In this document: one piece after another, positions 32,446-49,534 of the stretch
Layout: the number at the start of each line of letters is the position of its first letter
How positions within the stretch are numbered: position 1 is the stretch's first letter
Assembly (NCBI RefSeq): GCF_009914755.1
Contig: NC_060936.1
Origin: the human T2T-CHM13v2.0 reference genome, Homo sapiens
Direction: 5' to 3' (one strand)
Length of the DNA stretch: 64,000 nucleotides
The notes under the pieces: generated by a model
Seen by the model: only the letters and a program-made list of their open reading frames with translations
Told to the model about the DNA's origin: nothing
Database searches by the model: none
Position numbers and translations under genes: made by a program

Positions 32446-34680
32446 TTAAGCCTTCTTGTAATCTAATCGACTCTTTAAATATTAAGTCCCTTAAAGTCCA
32501 AGAAAATCAATTTAACATTTAATGTATTAAAATTATACAAAAAGATTGTTAAGGATAAAATAGTGTTTGACTTTCTTCTTTAAGCTATATTTACATAAAT
32601 ATATTGTCAATATATATTCCAAAACTATATAAAATTCCTATAATTCTGTTTCAATATATATCGATAATAATTATATGAAGTTATTATGTGCCACAAAAGT
32701 AACCAAGCTTTAACCATGATTACTTTAAAACTTTTGTCATCCACAATTGTTTTAATTATTTTCAAAACAATTTTATAATCAACTATAAAACTCTAATAAA
32801 TACTCTTAAATACAAATATCTAATAACTTTAAAAATTATGCCAGTAAAATAAAAAAAATTCAAGACTCCCATAAAACCTACTGTGTTCATACATATCAAA
32901 CAAAACAGAAATTAATTACATAAACTATACTATTAAAAAATATTTTTATAACTTTTTATTTAAAACACTGTTAATTCTTCTGTTTTACAAAGTCCAAAAA
33001 ACTTTTTCTTTTTAGCTATTGACAACTTTCAACAGTCAGATAAAATACACTCCTATAAAGAAAATTTAAGACATATTTTTCTCTAGCTAATCTCTCCAAA
33101 ATTTACAAACTATTTATACATATACTTAATTTATAACAATATTATTATTTACATAAATTCAATAAAAATCTATTTTCTTTTATAACACAATTAAAAACAC
33201 TATTTTACCAAAATTTTAATTTAAAAAACATACTTACAAACTACTTTAAAATATCAAAATTAACCTATAAAGCCAATAAAAGCCCCTTAAAAAACTAACC
33301 TCATACCTTGTCTATACAGTGTCTATACAAAATTCTTAACCTATAACAAATAAAAAGTGTCACTTTCTAACAGGAACCACAGCCCCAAGTTTTCTTGAGA
33401 CCTCAAAAGAAAAAATTTGCCCATTTAATACAAATATTTAAAGACACAAATAAACCCATGACTGGACTCAAAACTTCAAAAGATCTAATCTAAAATTCCC
33501 TATAACAAAGTTCCAACAAAGCCAATTTTTAAAAAAGCCTATATGACAAATAATTATTCTTACTGACTTTACACAAATACACAAGCCAAATACAATAAAA
33601 CTAAAACTTATTTTGCCTATAAATTTGTCCTATTATAATTTGTCTTTAATAAAAACAAAAACTAAAAAAAGTTTCAAAAAAACCTAACTATAATACACCT
33701 GTAATTAAATTCTAGTCTTATCCACTGTTTTTGAGTTTTTATTATTTTCTATAATTTTAACTAAATCCTAAATTCTTTCTAGAGTACAAATTTCCAAACT
33801 AATATTTTCAATTTTTTTCTTTTATTTTTCTAACTTAAACTCAATAAAATTACTACTACCTCTTTCCTGAGGCTTTACAAACTAAAGCTTATTCCTTATA
33901 ACACAGACAAAGAAAACGTCAAATTACTACTGCCTTCCTCCTCTATAACTAAAAGTACTTTAACATCCAAATAGTTTCCAACATTAATATTTGCTTTTCT
34001 ATTTCCATAAAAATGCCTCTTAATAAACTTTTTTCTGCCTTCATCACATAAAAAGGCCTAGCCCATGTACAATACTACCTTCTAAATAAAACAACTAACT
34101 AAACTAATCCACCCTCATAAACTAAACAAGACTTAAAGCCACCTTCATAAATATTCATATCCCTATTTACAGCCTATTAAATATATATATTAGCCAACGT
34201 GTCATCACATCCAATTACAATTAACAATAAAAACCCTACATAATTAAAAAATTCAAAAATGCCTCAAATAGCCCTACAAAATATACACCAAAAAATTAAA
34301 TCTATGTGCGACCCTACATTGTCACTAAATCAATAGGGGACATTCTAATTCAAGTCAGGACCATGTTAGAGACAAAAACTACTTATAACATTGGCCTGGC
34401 CTACAGGGGTAGATATATCCCTGTGTTATAAAACTTACTACTATTATACCCTCTATGTAAAACTGTAAGACAGACTTTCCCCAAAACTTTCTAAACCTCA
34501 AACTATAACACTCCAATAAATATTGTCTATAGGCCCAAATACTCATAAATATTTCCAAATCCAAATAAATCAATTCCATTCTAATACCCCCAAACTATGC
34601 CCCTTCTCAACAAAAAAATAGCCAAAACAATTATGGCAGCCATTTTCCATACAAATAAAATAAAATTTGACAATAAAAAT

Positions 34681-35746
<1,066 letters not shown>

Positions 35747-36647
35747 CGTCTAGTTGTTACACTTCCATAGTGCAGATGAAAAATGAGAGGTTACTTGATT
35801 TCTTCAGTTTACTCTTTGATGTCAGCCCTCCAAGTTGGGGTATGAGTGGCACAGGAACCCTGAGTTCCAGAATAGCTAAGTGGTGGGACTAGCTGATGAT
35901 CCATTGTCCTCTGATGAAGCCACATTCTGGAAATGGAACTCCTTGAAAACCTCTTCGATCCACTGCAGGCATTTGCCTTCTCTGACAGCATCCATATCTC
36001 CTCACCAAGGATCTGAAGACATAAGTTGCAGAATCTGGTAGACCGAATACAACTTGGGCAAAACAAGAAGCATCTTCCATTCAAGTCCCTGCTGTTTGTC
36101 AGTCATGGGGTCAACCAAGCTGGAAATCACCCATACTGCCTCCCATTCAGTGCCTGGATCCATGATGTATTTAAGCACCAACCTCATGGCATGTGTTCCT
36201 GCAAGGTGGCACTGCCCCACAGCGATCAGCCCCTCTCTTGCACTCTCTCTTTGCTATTTCATGGCACTCATGTTGAGGCTGTTTTCACTTCACATTGAGC
36301 ACCTTGGTTCATTCAGGTTCCCTGGGACTCTGACCATGCACCATCATAATATCTACTGGGAATCTCCACCAAACTTTCACACAGAAACCAAATGACATCC
36401 TGATGAGAAAAGAATGGACTACAGATGGTCTGAAACAATCTGTTCTTGAAGTATTTTGAGGATTGCCAAGGCAAACGGTGTCCTTACTGAAAGTTCCCCT
36501 GCTGCAAATAAAAACTCCATGTTCTTTAGATCCATCGGAAACAGGAAAACATTGGAATCAAGGGTATAACCCCCTACAACCATATCTCGCTGCCAACACT
36601 TCCCTTACCACCTGATTTTCTCCAGGATGTTATCTGACACATGTAGA

Positions 36648-36947
36648 GTTTTGTTTGTTTGTTTTTAGATGGAATTTCACTCTTGCTGCCCAGGCTGGAG
36701 TACAATGGTACAATCTGGCTCAATGCAACCTCTGCCTCCCAGGTTCAAGTGATTCTCCCGCCTCAGCCTCCTGAGTAGGTGGGATTACAGGTGTGCGCCA
36801 CCATGCCCGGCTAATTTTTTGTATTTTTAGTAGAGACGGGATTTCACCATGTTGGCCAAGCTGGTCTCGAACTCCTGACCTCAGGTGATCCACTCCCTTG
36901 GCCTCCCAAAGTACTGGGATTACAGGCATAAGCCGCCGTGCCTGGCC
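36648..36947 (-). mobile_element. AluS (in the pseudogene 3' region)
   Basis: Antisense dimeric Alu. Confidence 0.9.
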
Positions 36948-37225
36948 TGTTTCTGGCTTTATCTTTGCCTATGACAAGTTCTTTCTGGTTCAGCTGATAG
37001 TATTTCCCCCAAATTCAGAATACATAAGAAATCACTGGGAATTTACACCTGATTACCATAGATTCATTCTCTCATATTACAATGCTCAAAGTTACAAGGA
37101 GAGATAGTATGTGATTGCAATGTTGGTGTTTCATTAATATTTTCTTAAAGTTAAAATTGTTTTCTGAGGAAGTAGCCAGAATAATAATTCTCTCAAATTC
37201 AAAAAACTGTTGGCACAATTTGAAG

Positions 37226-38500
<1,275 letters not shown>

Positions 38501-38812
38501 TATTTAACTCTTAAAACAACCTGAGGTAATATCCTGATCATCATTTACCCACGAAGAAACTGAAGTTGAGAAAGATGAAAATGAATTGCCTATGACACCA
38601 AGTAAGTGGCTGTAAACATGATTTATATTTAAGGAATCTGACTCCAAATATTATAGTTCAGCTGGAAATTCAAAAGTGAAAGAATTTACACACAGAAAAA
38701 GACAAACCATGATTTGCTTTCTGAGTGGACACAGGCTAAAAGAAAGTATTATTGATAATACCAAATGACTGAGGCCTTGAGGTCCACACATACAAAAAAA
38801 GACCTGCTTCTT

Positions 38813-38837
38813 TGTGTGTGTGTGTGTGTGTGTGTGT
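38813..38837. repeat. (TG)n microsatellite
   Basis: Read directly. Confidence 0.9.
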
Positions 38838-38929
38838 TTTACATTAAATATGGTGGAAAGGCTATTCAGAGCAAAAGGCAATTAATTGTGGCTGAAGCAC
38901 TAAGGACAGTTTGATGAAAGATATATTAA

Positions 38930-39291
<362 letters not shown>

Positions 39292-40159
39292 TTTATATTA
39301 CATACATTCAAGTAGAAGGATACATGAGAGCAGATCAGAGGTATGTGTGAAATTTAAACACATATTATGAGGCTAAACCAAGTTTCATCTGTTTTATTAA
39401 CTCCTATTGCCTGACTTTGAAGTACTCAGTAATAGTTGATGAATACAGAAAACAATGGTAAAGGTCAGGTAGATTTGATCGGATTTGAGTTATGTGTTAG
39501 TAGAGAGCTATTTAAAGGTTTGTTGTTGTTTTTAACAGGAGTATCAAGTGAGATTGATTTTTCATCTCTTCACCAGGCTCTCTGTTCTTTTAGAAAGGCC
39601 TGTCAGCTAGCTCCATCCCTAACACTTTCAGGGATGTTGACCCCTAGCTGGCAAAACTTGTGTTTAAAATCCCAAATATTAAGCAGATGAAAAACTTGGA
39701 TACTAAATACTTTCATAACTCATCTCCACGAATTTGTACGTCTGAGGGAGCAATACACAGCTGCAGGTCCATCAAGGCCACAAAAGCTAACTACAGAGAT
39801 AGTCTTTTAGCTATTTTGAAATCAGTAGGGCCTGACTACAGCCATCTGTCGCATACCCATTACTCTTACTAAGGTCCTGCTGGCGTCAGAGAGGTGGTTC
39901 TACGATGCACGGTAGGAGTGTGTCTGGCCAGAGAAGTGGGGAGGCTCAGCTGCCTTGGGAGGTGCAAGTAGTAGCGCTAGGAAGCTGCTGCTAGGCCTCT
40001 GGCAAGAACACCAACTGATCCGCAATGCGCCTGGCCAAACTGCAGCAGCCTGCTCTGCAAATACTGCATAACAGAAAAAGCCTGTATTGGAGAATATAAG
40101 AATCCGCGGCAGAAACGGAGTGCGCGACGATTCTAAGGTTTTTACCCAGCACGGCTCCC

Positions 40160-40290
40160 CCATCAGACTGCAAATCCCAGCATTCACTCCTTCCACGGGA
40201 GCCAATGAGGAAGCTACTAGTTCCCGCAGCCAATCACATTCTGAGCCAGTGTATCACCCGACTGAATTCTGGGATTTGTGGTTTTTACGT
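40160..40290. promoter_or_regulatory. Upstream promoter module: inverted ZNF143/THAP11-type motifs flanking two CCAAT boxes
   Basis: ACTGCAAATCCCAGCATTC at 40167-40185, its inverse at 40264-40282, and CCAAT at 40202 and 40230. Confidence 0.6.
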
Positions 40291-41030
40291 GGCAACATTA
40301 CACCACGGTGGCTACGGCAATGCAGGCCACGCGTCTGATCCCAAACGACACCTCCCTGTTATAAATTCTTATGTTGGTTCCGCAAGCTAACTCCTTAACT
40401 GTCGTTACTCCCAGGCTTCCTCCTTCTCAAAGCTCGTAATCTTTTTCTCTTAATGTCATTAAACAATCAAGTTATTTTCAGATTAAGGCCCACTTGCTCC
40501 ACTCGTCCCCTGTCCCTTAACCGTCGCTTTAGAGTCTCGCGAGAACAGCCCCTTTTTTTTGTGTTGTCATGCCTCCAAAAGGCGGGTCACATGAAAACTG
40601 ACACAGGCTTCAGCCAACCGAATTGTTTTTTAACTCTCTTCTCCACAGCGTGCGTGGGGAGGCCTCCGTGAACTCTGACCTTAGCTTTCCGTAGCGCCCG
40701 CGTCTGCCGCCCCCGCCCCCGGAGCGAAGGAGGCGGGCTTTGGCCTTTTGCCCTAGGGAGCGAGTGCGGAGCGAGTGGGAGCGAGACGGCCCTGAGTGGA
40801 AGTGTCTGGCTCCCCGTAGAGGCCCTTCTGTACGCCCCGCCGCCCATGAGCTCGTTCTCACGCGAACAGCGCCGTCGTTAGGCTGGCTCTGTAGCCTCGG
40901 CTTACCCCGGGACAGGCCCACGCCTCGCCAGGGAGGGGGCAGCCCGTCGAGGCGCCTCCCTAGTCAGCGTCGGCGTCGCGCTGCGACCCTGGAAGCGGGA
41001 GCCGCCGCGAGCGAGAGGAGGAGCTCCAGT

Positions 41031-41072
41031 GGCGGCGGCGGCGGCGGCAGCGGCAGCGGCAGCGGGCAGCAG
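41031..41072 (+). repeat. (GGC)6(AGCGGC)n tract in the CAND1 5'UTR
   Basis: Read directly. Confidence 0.85.
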
Positions 41073-41110
41073 CTCCAGCAGCGCCAGCAGGCGGGATCGA
41101 GGCCGTCAAC

Positions 41111-41178
41111 ATGGCGAGCGCCTCGTACCACATTTCCAATTTGCTGGAAAAAATGACATCCAGCGACAAGGACTTTAG
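41111..41178 (+). CDS. CAND1: CAND1 (cullin-associated NEDD8-dissociated 1) coding exon 1
   Basis: ATG in strong context (AACATGG); translates MASASYHISNLLEKMTSSDKDF(R); donor AG|GTGAGG, phase 2. Confidence 0.97.
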
Positions 41179-44064
41179 GTGAGGCCGAGATCCGACCCTC
41201 ACCCCACCTCGGGGTTCTCGCAGCCGCGGCCCTGGCCGTCACGCAGGCCTTGCCCCACCCCTTCGGCCGTAGCCGGTAGCTTCTCTGCCCCGAAGTCTCC
41301 AGCCCACCGGTCCGCTGGCCTCCCGATCCCTGCGGAGCCCCTTTCCTCTCCCCTCTTGCAACCCCCTCCCCCCATTCTTTCTCCTAGGCAGTTGCCCGCC
41401 GCGGTCTCTAGGCCCCGTTTGCTTGTCTCAGCGCCCCCACATCCTTCCCTGCCCCACCAGGAGGCGATTCTTGCGTCTCAGGTAGCGCGAAGGGGCTAAA
41501 CCACCCACCATTGTGGAGAAGGGAGTTGCTCTAGGCCGGGAGACCGGGCGCCGGGCCTATTCGCTTGCCATCCTGCGGCGCTAGGCCGCCTTGCTCGCTG
41601 GGGCCCAAGCTGCTGCCCACTCGGGGACCCGGCAGCCTCCTCTCTGCCCGCAGGTGCGCGTGGGCCTTGCTGCATTCAGGTGGAATGATGAACTTTTGCG
41701 CTCTTGGCTGATACATAGTTCTTTTGTGGATTATTAATTTTCGTGAAGGTGGGAAGAAGGGGGAGGGGAGCCAGGATGGAGGAAACTTCGCTCATAGGGT
41801 TTTCCCGCCAGCATCACTGTCAGTTCCTCTTGTCAGGTAAAACCAACTTAGGAACTCGGGGTTTCAGTCTCATGTCCTCATATCCAAAATCACTGCCAAA
41901 GGGGTGGATTGCTGGATCTTAATCATAGCAGACGGATCTTCAAAAGGAAGAGATGTTTAATACGGACCTGGTGAATATGAAGCTTTATTACAGCAGTTCT
42001 GTTCAGGAGATCGGTACTGTTGGTTCCAAAGTGTTGTAATATGCATAGTGAAGATTTGTTATATTTTTACAGGTTATCTTTGTTTTTATTTTTCCTTGCA
42101 CGCTTCGGTGATTGTTGCATTCTTTCCCGCCTCCCATCTCTTCACAAATAAGTTCTCAATCTAAAAAAAAAAAAAAAAAGAAAAAAAAATCGCTTATTTC
42201 CTTATACCTGTTTTGTTCTCTAATGCTTAGTGGTTGTAATTTGGGTGCATTTTAAAGGAAATAACAAATAGTCTTCAACTAAAATTGTGACTAAAGAGCT
42301 TGTTTGTTTTGTATGAACAATATGTTTTAACACTTGAAAATGTGTCCAAACCGTGTGGACTGGGAAGAACTTTTCGGATTTGTGAAAGGAGAACCATGAA
42401 AAAGTAGTAATTGTGTTCCTGATTAAATTGATATACTGGCTTATTAAAATAATCAATGACCACAAAACCACGTATTACTTTAAAAAATATTTCTACCTAG
42501 GCAGCTCTTAAATGTATTTAAAACTTAAAAATCATTTCGCTAATGGTAAAAATTTTAGTATTGTAACTTTTTGGAGGTGACATGTTTGTTTTGTGTGTTT
42601 TAGATTTGTGTAGTTCTAGGGCCAAAATTAAGATTCTTGGGGGAAATAAAGGTTTTGTGTTGTTTTACGGATTGGAATGCCGTTTGATTTTTGGGGCTTT
42701 GCTTGCTTCCAATTCAAGTAATGGATGAGGTGTGTGGCGTGATTTCCTCCCCATTGCTGTCAGTTTGGCTCATCCTGTAAAGGTGGTAAATTTCATTCTG
42801 ATTGTGGTCAATTTCAGTCTGAAGGTAGCACTTTATAATAATACAATTTTGTTCAACTAGTCATTCTCCTGTATAAGTTTAGAAAGGCTAAAGAAATTAT
42901 GTGGTGATACCATACATGTGATTATTGACTGAAGCTTGCTTTCTTAAATTTCCTGTGAAAGAAAGATAACATGTACATACCTAGTTGTTTTTTTCTTAAA
43001 TAAATTACATGAAAGAAATAGTGCTCTGATACTAAATGACAGTCACTGCTGAATTTGGTAAAGATTATGTATGAATTTTGGTTGTACTGAATCAAAACAA
43101 TTCCTGGAGGATTAGTGTAATATTGATATATTCCTAATAGTTGGTGAATGCTAAACAAGGTATATTTAGGAGCAGTACGTGATTTCCAGTAATTTGGCAT
43201 CATTAAGATATTTTTATCAACTGTCTTCTAAAAAACATTTTTATAATGCGCTGTAGCCATCTAGTTAATAAACAAGTCTTTGGAACTAAAGCACTTTATA
43301 TGTTTAGTTTAAACAGACATTTAATAATTAATTAGTGAGCGTTTGGAGTCAAGAATTTTGAAATTTTTTCTGCATATTTTTAGTATAGGCATTTATTTTA
43401 ATTTGCTCTTTTTTAAAAAAATGATGCCTTGTTCTCATTAGAAGTTTATTTATTTTGGCTTAAATACCAAGATTTGTGGCTACATATTTTAAAAATACCT
43501 AGCACTAGAAGGATCTTGAGGGCAAGGTTAACATTATGGAATGACCAACATGTGCAAAGCACTCTGCCTGTACTAAGGACGAGAGAAGAAACAAATGCTG
43601 CCAAAATGAAGAGCAAATTTTATTATCCTCATGGTAGAATCCAAAGAGAATTTGACCTAGTCACAAGATCTGGGTTCTAATCATGTGTGATTCTTTGTTA
43701 TGAACTGTAAGATCTTATGCAAGCTATTTAATTTGAGATTACATTTTCACTTCTGAGAGGCATGGACATGACTAATTACAAAAGGTTGTTATAGGCATAA
43801 AATTTCAGGTCTATTTATATAATTACATAGTTCATTAATACAGAGAAGGTAAAGAAATGAATGCAGGCTTAAAAATTTGGAAATTTCTGCATTTTAAAAG
43901 AATCTTTTTGTAGGACTATTAAGGCTCAATTTATTGAAAAATTGTAATATTTCTTTTGTGTTTTAGTATTGTGCATTATTTAAAAATGAGATATTAAGAC
44001 TTAGGAGAAATGGGGAAGCATTAGGATGAGAAATGCTGAGATTAGGAACTCTGCCATATGCAGG

Positions 44065-44385
44065 GTTTTTGTTGTTGTTGTTGTTTTGGTTTTTTTTGTT
44101 TGTTTTTTTGAGATGGAGTCTTTTCTGTCGCCAGGCTGTAGTGCAGGGGCGCCATCTCAGCTCACTTCAACCTCCGCCTCCCAGGTTCAAGCAACTCCCT
44201 TGCCTCAGCCTCCCAAGTAGCTGGGATTACAGGCACACACCACCACGCCTGGCTAATTTTTTGTATTTTAGTCAAGACGGGGTTTCACCATGTTCGCCAG
44301 CATGGTCTCGATCTTCTAACCTCGTGATCCACCCGCCTGGGCCTCCCAGAGTGCTGGGATTACAGGCCAGCACCGCATCCACCCA
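44065..44385 (-). mobile_element. AluS
   Basis: Antisense Alu, flanked by atgcagggttttt on both sides. Confidence 0.88.
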
Positions 44386-44849
44386 TGCAGGGTTTTTTGT
44401 TTGTTTGTTTTAAAAAAAGGAGACTAGGAGCTCTTTTATTAAAAAAAGGAGGAGGCATTTGTGTGTCTTAATTACTAGGATAGTGCCTGTTACTTACTAG
44501 CCTCGGTTTAGTGAAAAGTTATTAATGAATGCCAATTCAAATAAAACCTTCAGAAGAAAAATGAAGAAACATTCCTTGGGACAGTACCTTAGAACAGTGC
44601 TTCTCATCACTTCCTCCCTAAAAGAAACACTTCTGGAGTGTACTGAGACTTTTTGCCAGAAAACATTTGTACCAGTGTATATAGTTATTTTAAGGACCTC
44701 TAGGGATGCATGTTCCATAAAGGAATAAAGAGTAAACCTTATAATGTAGCCAATAGATAGGGGATTCGGTTGATACCAGAGTGAAAGCTTTAATGTGGAT
44801 GAACCATGTGACACTCCATTTGTGAATATTAATATTGAATATTTGGTAG

Positions 44850-45203
<354 letters not shown>

Positions 45204-46637
45204 TGATTTAAAATATTCCAAGGAATCAAGAGCTAAAGAAAATATCATTATCTTTCTATATATAATAGTTAATATTAATGCTTACTGTGAGCTTGATTTT
45301 TGTTTATCCTTACAACTTTAGTAAAAGAGGATAATAATAATCTCGTTTACAGTTGAAGAAACTGAGATTTGGAGAGATTAAGTACTTGTTTAAGGTCAGT
45401 TAGATAGTAGGTCTGGGACTTATAGGATCTCTTTACCCCCAGAACATGAACTCTTGACCACCCAGCTATGTCACTTCTCCAGGGTTTAGACTAGTGGATG
45501 TTAAGATTCAGGCCTTAAATTTCATTTCCCTCTAAAATTAGGCTTATAGAATATTTCATGCTAGAAGATGCTTTTAATAATTCCTGAGGACTACAAAAAG
45601 TTTAAGATCTGGTGCTTACTTTCCCTAAATCTACATGCTTGTTGAATAGTTAAGACACTATTGTAAAAAGATGAATAACCCAGGGCAATATGTAATTGTC
45701 AGGCATTAAGTGGCAGAGAATATTAAAGCAAGAAGATTCATGTCCATGGAGAGATTTGAGCCAGGTGTTGAAAATGAAACTCTAGATAGAAAGTGAAAAT
45801 GTAAAGCACACGATACAAAACTTCACTGGGGAAGAGGGAATAGATAACCTGACTGTAGCTGGATGGATATTGTCCACAGAACTCCTTAAGAATAGGGACC
45901 TTGTCTTACTAAACGGAATCGTTCTCTTTGTCTGGCTCTGGGCCATGTGGGTTCTCAGTAGGTGCTTGTTTAAGTAGAATTGGGTTTTATTTCCATTATA
46001 TAGGGATTTTAGGAACCTCCAGAAAACCATTGTAAAATCAACTAAACTGTTTGTTTAAATACCACTTGATAGAATCTTCTTAAAATAATTCACCCCATTT
46101 TGGAATGCAAGTTTTTCCCAATTTGATAAAGGTTTATATTACCAGATTTATTTATTTAAGTGTTTTGGATATTGGACGGTATTTTCTTTTGGAAACTGTT
46201 TAAAATGCTTGTAAAAAAAACTCAAGCCTTTTAAGGAATCAGGTTTTCAGAGCTGGAAGGAACCTTAGAGATCCTATCATATAGCTGAAAGTACAGTGTG
46301 GGTGGGCATTTACAATAACATAACAGGAAATAGTGAAATTATCTTAAGTACTTGTGCTTGGAGAAAAGCAGGTTTAATCAGAAGAAATAGATTTGCAGAG
46401 ATTAAGAAGGTGATTTCTGGGCACTTTTAAAAATACTTAGAAGGTTGATGGCAGTAACTTTCTTGATTTTACTTTGATGTTTTTTTCTTGATATATACTA
46501 TGCTAACTGGTTATCAGCAGTGATTAGGGCTCACCACTGAGAAAGAGGAGGAAGGGACCTCACAGAGAAAACTGGGAAGAAAGATTAGTAAAAATTAGAT
46601 TTCTTTACATGAACAATATTAAGACTATTCCAATTTA

Positions 46638-46935
46638 GGTCTTGTGTGGTGGCTCACGACTGTAATTCCAGCACTTTGGGAGGCCAAGGCAGGCAGATCA
46701 TCTGAGGTCAGGAGTTCATGACCAGCCTGGACAACATGGTGAAACCCCATCTCTACTAAAAATACAAAAATTAGCCGGGCATGGTGGTGCATACCTGTAA
46801 TCCCAGCTACTCGCGAGGCTGAGGCAGCAGAATTGCTTGAACCTGCGAGGCAGAGGTTGCGTGAGCAGAGATTGCACCACTGCACTGTGGCCTGGGTGAC
46901 AGAGGGAGACTGTCTCAAAAAGAAAAAAAAAAAAA
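46638..46935 (+). mobile_element. AluS
   Basis: Sense Alu, TSD approx. acta(g)ttccaa. Confidence 0.88.
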
Positions 46936-47769
46936 CTGTTCCAACTTAATTCATAGCACTCTAAGGAATAACTGAGGAAAAGTGAAATAGCAGTGGTGTA
47001 TGTGCAGGATCTCTGAAAGGTAATTGGTGTACTGAGTGATAAAATTGACCATATCAACTAGATTTCTGGTTGGAAGCAAGAGTAAAATTGTGTTTATGTA
47101 TGATGGGAGAGGCTGTGGTGAGAGTTATTGTGAGTGCAAGGTATCTATCGATCTAGTGCATACCTAGTGTAAGTTCCAGACTGTGTTACTCATCACTGTG
47201 TTTGCAGAGTAGAGTTCCTTATGTTGGTGCCCTCAAAATACTTGTTGAATAAAGGAATGAGATGGCACTGCCTACAGGTCATATCAACCTGGGAATTCCA
47301 TTGAAGTCTGAAACGTAAACATTTATCTTTTTCTTTTCCCGTCTTAATGCCTTCTTTATCCTTATTTTGGCCTGTTAAATTACCATCCACTGAAAGTCAC
47401 AAGCAGAAAATCTTTGATATCACCCTTCTCCCGTCTGTCTTCTTTAGTCTCCTGATGAGTATTTCTCAAATTAATCTTGCTGTCTCAGGCCTCTTCCTAA
47501 CCCAGTTTGTTCCCTCTGGCCATTAGAATTTTCTTCCTATATACTGCAGCTGATCATTGCCTCCCTCACTAATTTCCATTGACTACAAGATAAACTCCAG
47601 ATTTCTTAGCTGTTGCCCATCTGAATTCGTAGAGACTGCTCTCCTAAAATCCCCAACAGTCTCCCTAGTCTCCTAATATAACTCATTTAGTGGATATTTT
47701 CTTTGCTCATCTATTTGGTATATTTTTTTAAATCACTTTTTCCTTCTTGGAATTCTCTTATATGGGCAT

Positions 47770-48480
47770 CCTGACACGAGTTGGGTTTTTGTCCGTAATA
47801 GTCAGGGAAAACACACACTTTAGGGTATCAGAGGATGTTAGAAGGAACCTATTCATTTGGGTAATTTGGGAAAGAGTCTAAGGAAGTGAAGCCTTGCTTT
47901 AGGTTGAGTGTTGTCAGAAAGTGAGGTCAATTCTATGATTCGGCCTCTTAATAAATTTTACAGGGAGGGCTGACCTAAGCAGGGGGAAAGCTGTAGTTGG
48001 TAAAGAAGTATCAGTCACTCATTTAACTGGAGAGGGGAATGTTTGGTATTTTGTATTGCTCAGGGACCTTGTCCGAAATGGATGTTCTGTGAGATTGTTT
48101 ATGTCCAAGAAAACAATATGCCTTAGCTGTTAAGCATCAGATCGGTTAGTAATAACACTGAGGTTTAGTTATGAGTCTCAGATAAGTTTCTGGAATGTGG
48201 AGGCTGCTGTTTTTTTCTTTATCAGTGCCCACTTTTGGCCAAGGGTAGACAAAGTTGGGCTGCAGGACATTAATTTTTGATTTTCACATCTTCACTATGG
48301 CGGAGATTTTGTTAAGATCAGAGGAATATCCATTCCATGTAGTTTGCAGTTTAACCAAAGTTAATCCTTTCTTCTGTTGTAAGATGAGCAGTTTATTCAT
48401 CTGATGTGACAATGGCTGCAGGGTAACATTAAGACTCTGGACAAGGATATGTTAGCTGACTGTATTACCCAGTCTTGTGG
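47770..48480 (-). mobile_element. ERV1-type LTR plus adjacent internal fragment (family uncertain)
   Basis: Resembles MER31/MER67-group text (aaagctgtagttggtaaagaagtatcagtcactca); from memory only. Confidence 0.45.
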
Positions 48481-48577
48481 TTTTCCTTTTACTTCTTTCC
48501 TGCTAGCTCATCCTTACCATCCCTATATCTAATCCATTTTGAAGAACTATTAATTTTAGTTTGTAAAATTCAAACCA

Positions 48578-49195
48578 ACTAGTTCTCATTATTTGTAGTA
48601 TGTTTTGTAACATTATCACAAACACTGAGTTAGCAAGTACTGAACCATTGCTTCTGAGGGAATTATGGAATTAGTTTCTCTGAGTCCTGAGTCACATTAT
48701 TTTAATCAGTTGATGAGTTTGTAACCTCGTTTTATGAGTGTTTCTTTTAAAGTTGTCTTAATATATATTGCTGATTTATTAACATTGAATTCACAGCCAA
48801 TAAAGAAGCTTATCTAACACATATGTTTTTTTCAGAAGGCACATTATAGCCTTCTTGCACTTAGGAATGCTAGACAGCATTTCAGCACTGTGCTTGGAGG
48901 CCATATTAAACAACAAGAGCGCCAAGAAAAAGCACAAACATGTGAAAAACATGGGCTGAAATAGGCCAAGAAGAAGATGCTTGTTTACAACATGAGAGCT
49001 GGAGCTAGAAGGCAGAGTGTTGCTTTGTGCCACCACAGCTGGGAATGTATGTGTTGGATTACTCAAAATTTTCACCACTCGACACTCATCCAAATGACTG
49101 TGAAATAGGAAGCATTAATTTTGCTTTACAAATAAATGTTAATGAGTAGGTGAATTTGCAAATATGGAACCTGGGAATAATGAGAATCAACTGTA
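48578..49195. mobile_element. MER82-like Tigger relic
   Basis: Terminal inverted ends (agttctcattatt / aataatgagaatcaactg) and internal actgaaccattgct. Confidence 0.7.
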
Positions 49196-49534
49196 TGTCA
49201 TTTTTTTTTCCATCTTCATTGATTGCCATAACCTAAGTCAGGCCATCATAATTTCTAACTTAGTCATTCTCCTAACTAGTCTCCATTCAGTATGGCCAAA
49301 TGAAGATTTGTTCTCTCCAAAGTATGGTCCACAGTATAGCTGGAGTAATGTTTCTGAAATGTAAATCTGATCATTGCATTTATTCCCCATCTGTAACCCA
49401 GTTGTTTTTCAGTAGCTTCCCACTCTCTTAGAATAAAGGCTAAAATCCTGATATGGTCTACAAATCCTTTAAATTCCTGGCCCTTGCTTACCTGGCACTA
49501 ACTTCCTCCTGCTTCACCGTAATTTTGCCTACTC

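Larger units (their letters stand above)
40480..41700 (+). promoter_or_regulatory. CAND1: CAND1 CpG-island promoter and 5'UTR
   Basis: GC/CpG-rich; TCTCGCGAGA palindrome at 40535-40544; E-box-like GTCACATG near 40586; GC box near 40711; YY1-like CAACATGGCG over the start codon. Confidence 0.88.

Noticed and set aside
40587-41716. Several 60-138 aa ORFs on both strands over the CAND1 CpG island (e.g. 40740-41156 with poly-G/S/Q)
   Set aside because: Stop-poor GC-rich shadow frames, mostly non-ATG starts. The real CDS begins at 41111 and is spliced after 68 nt.
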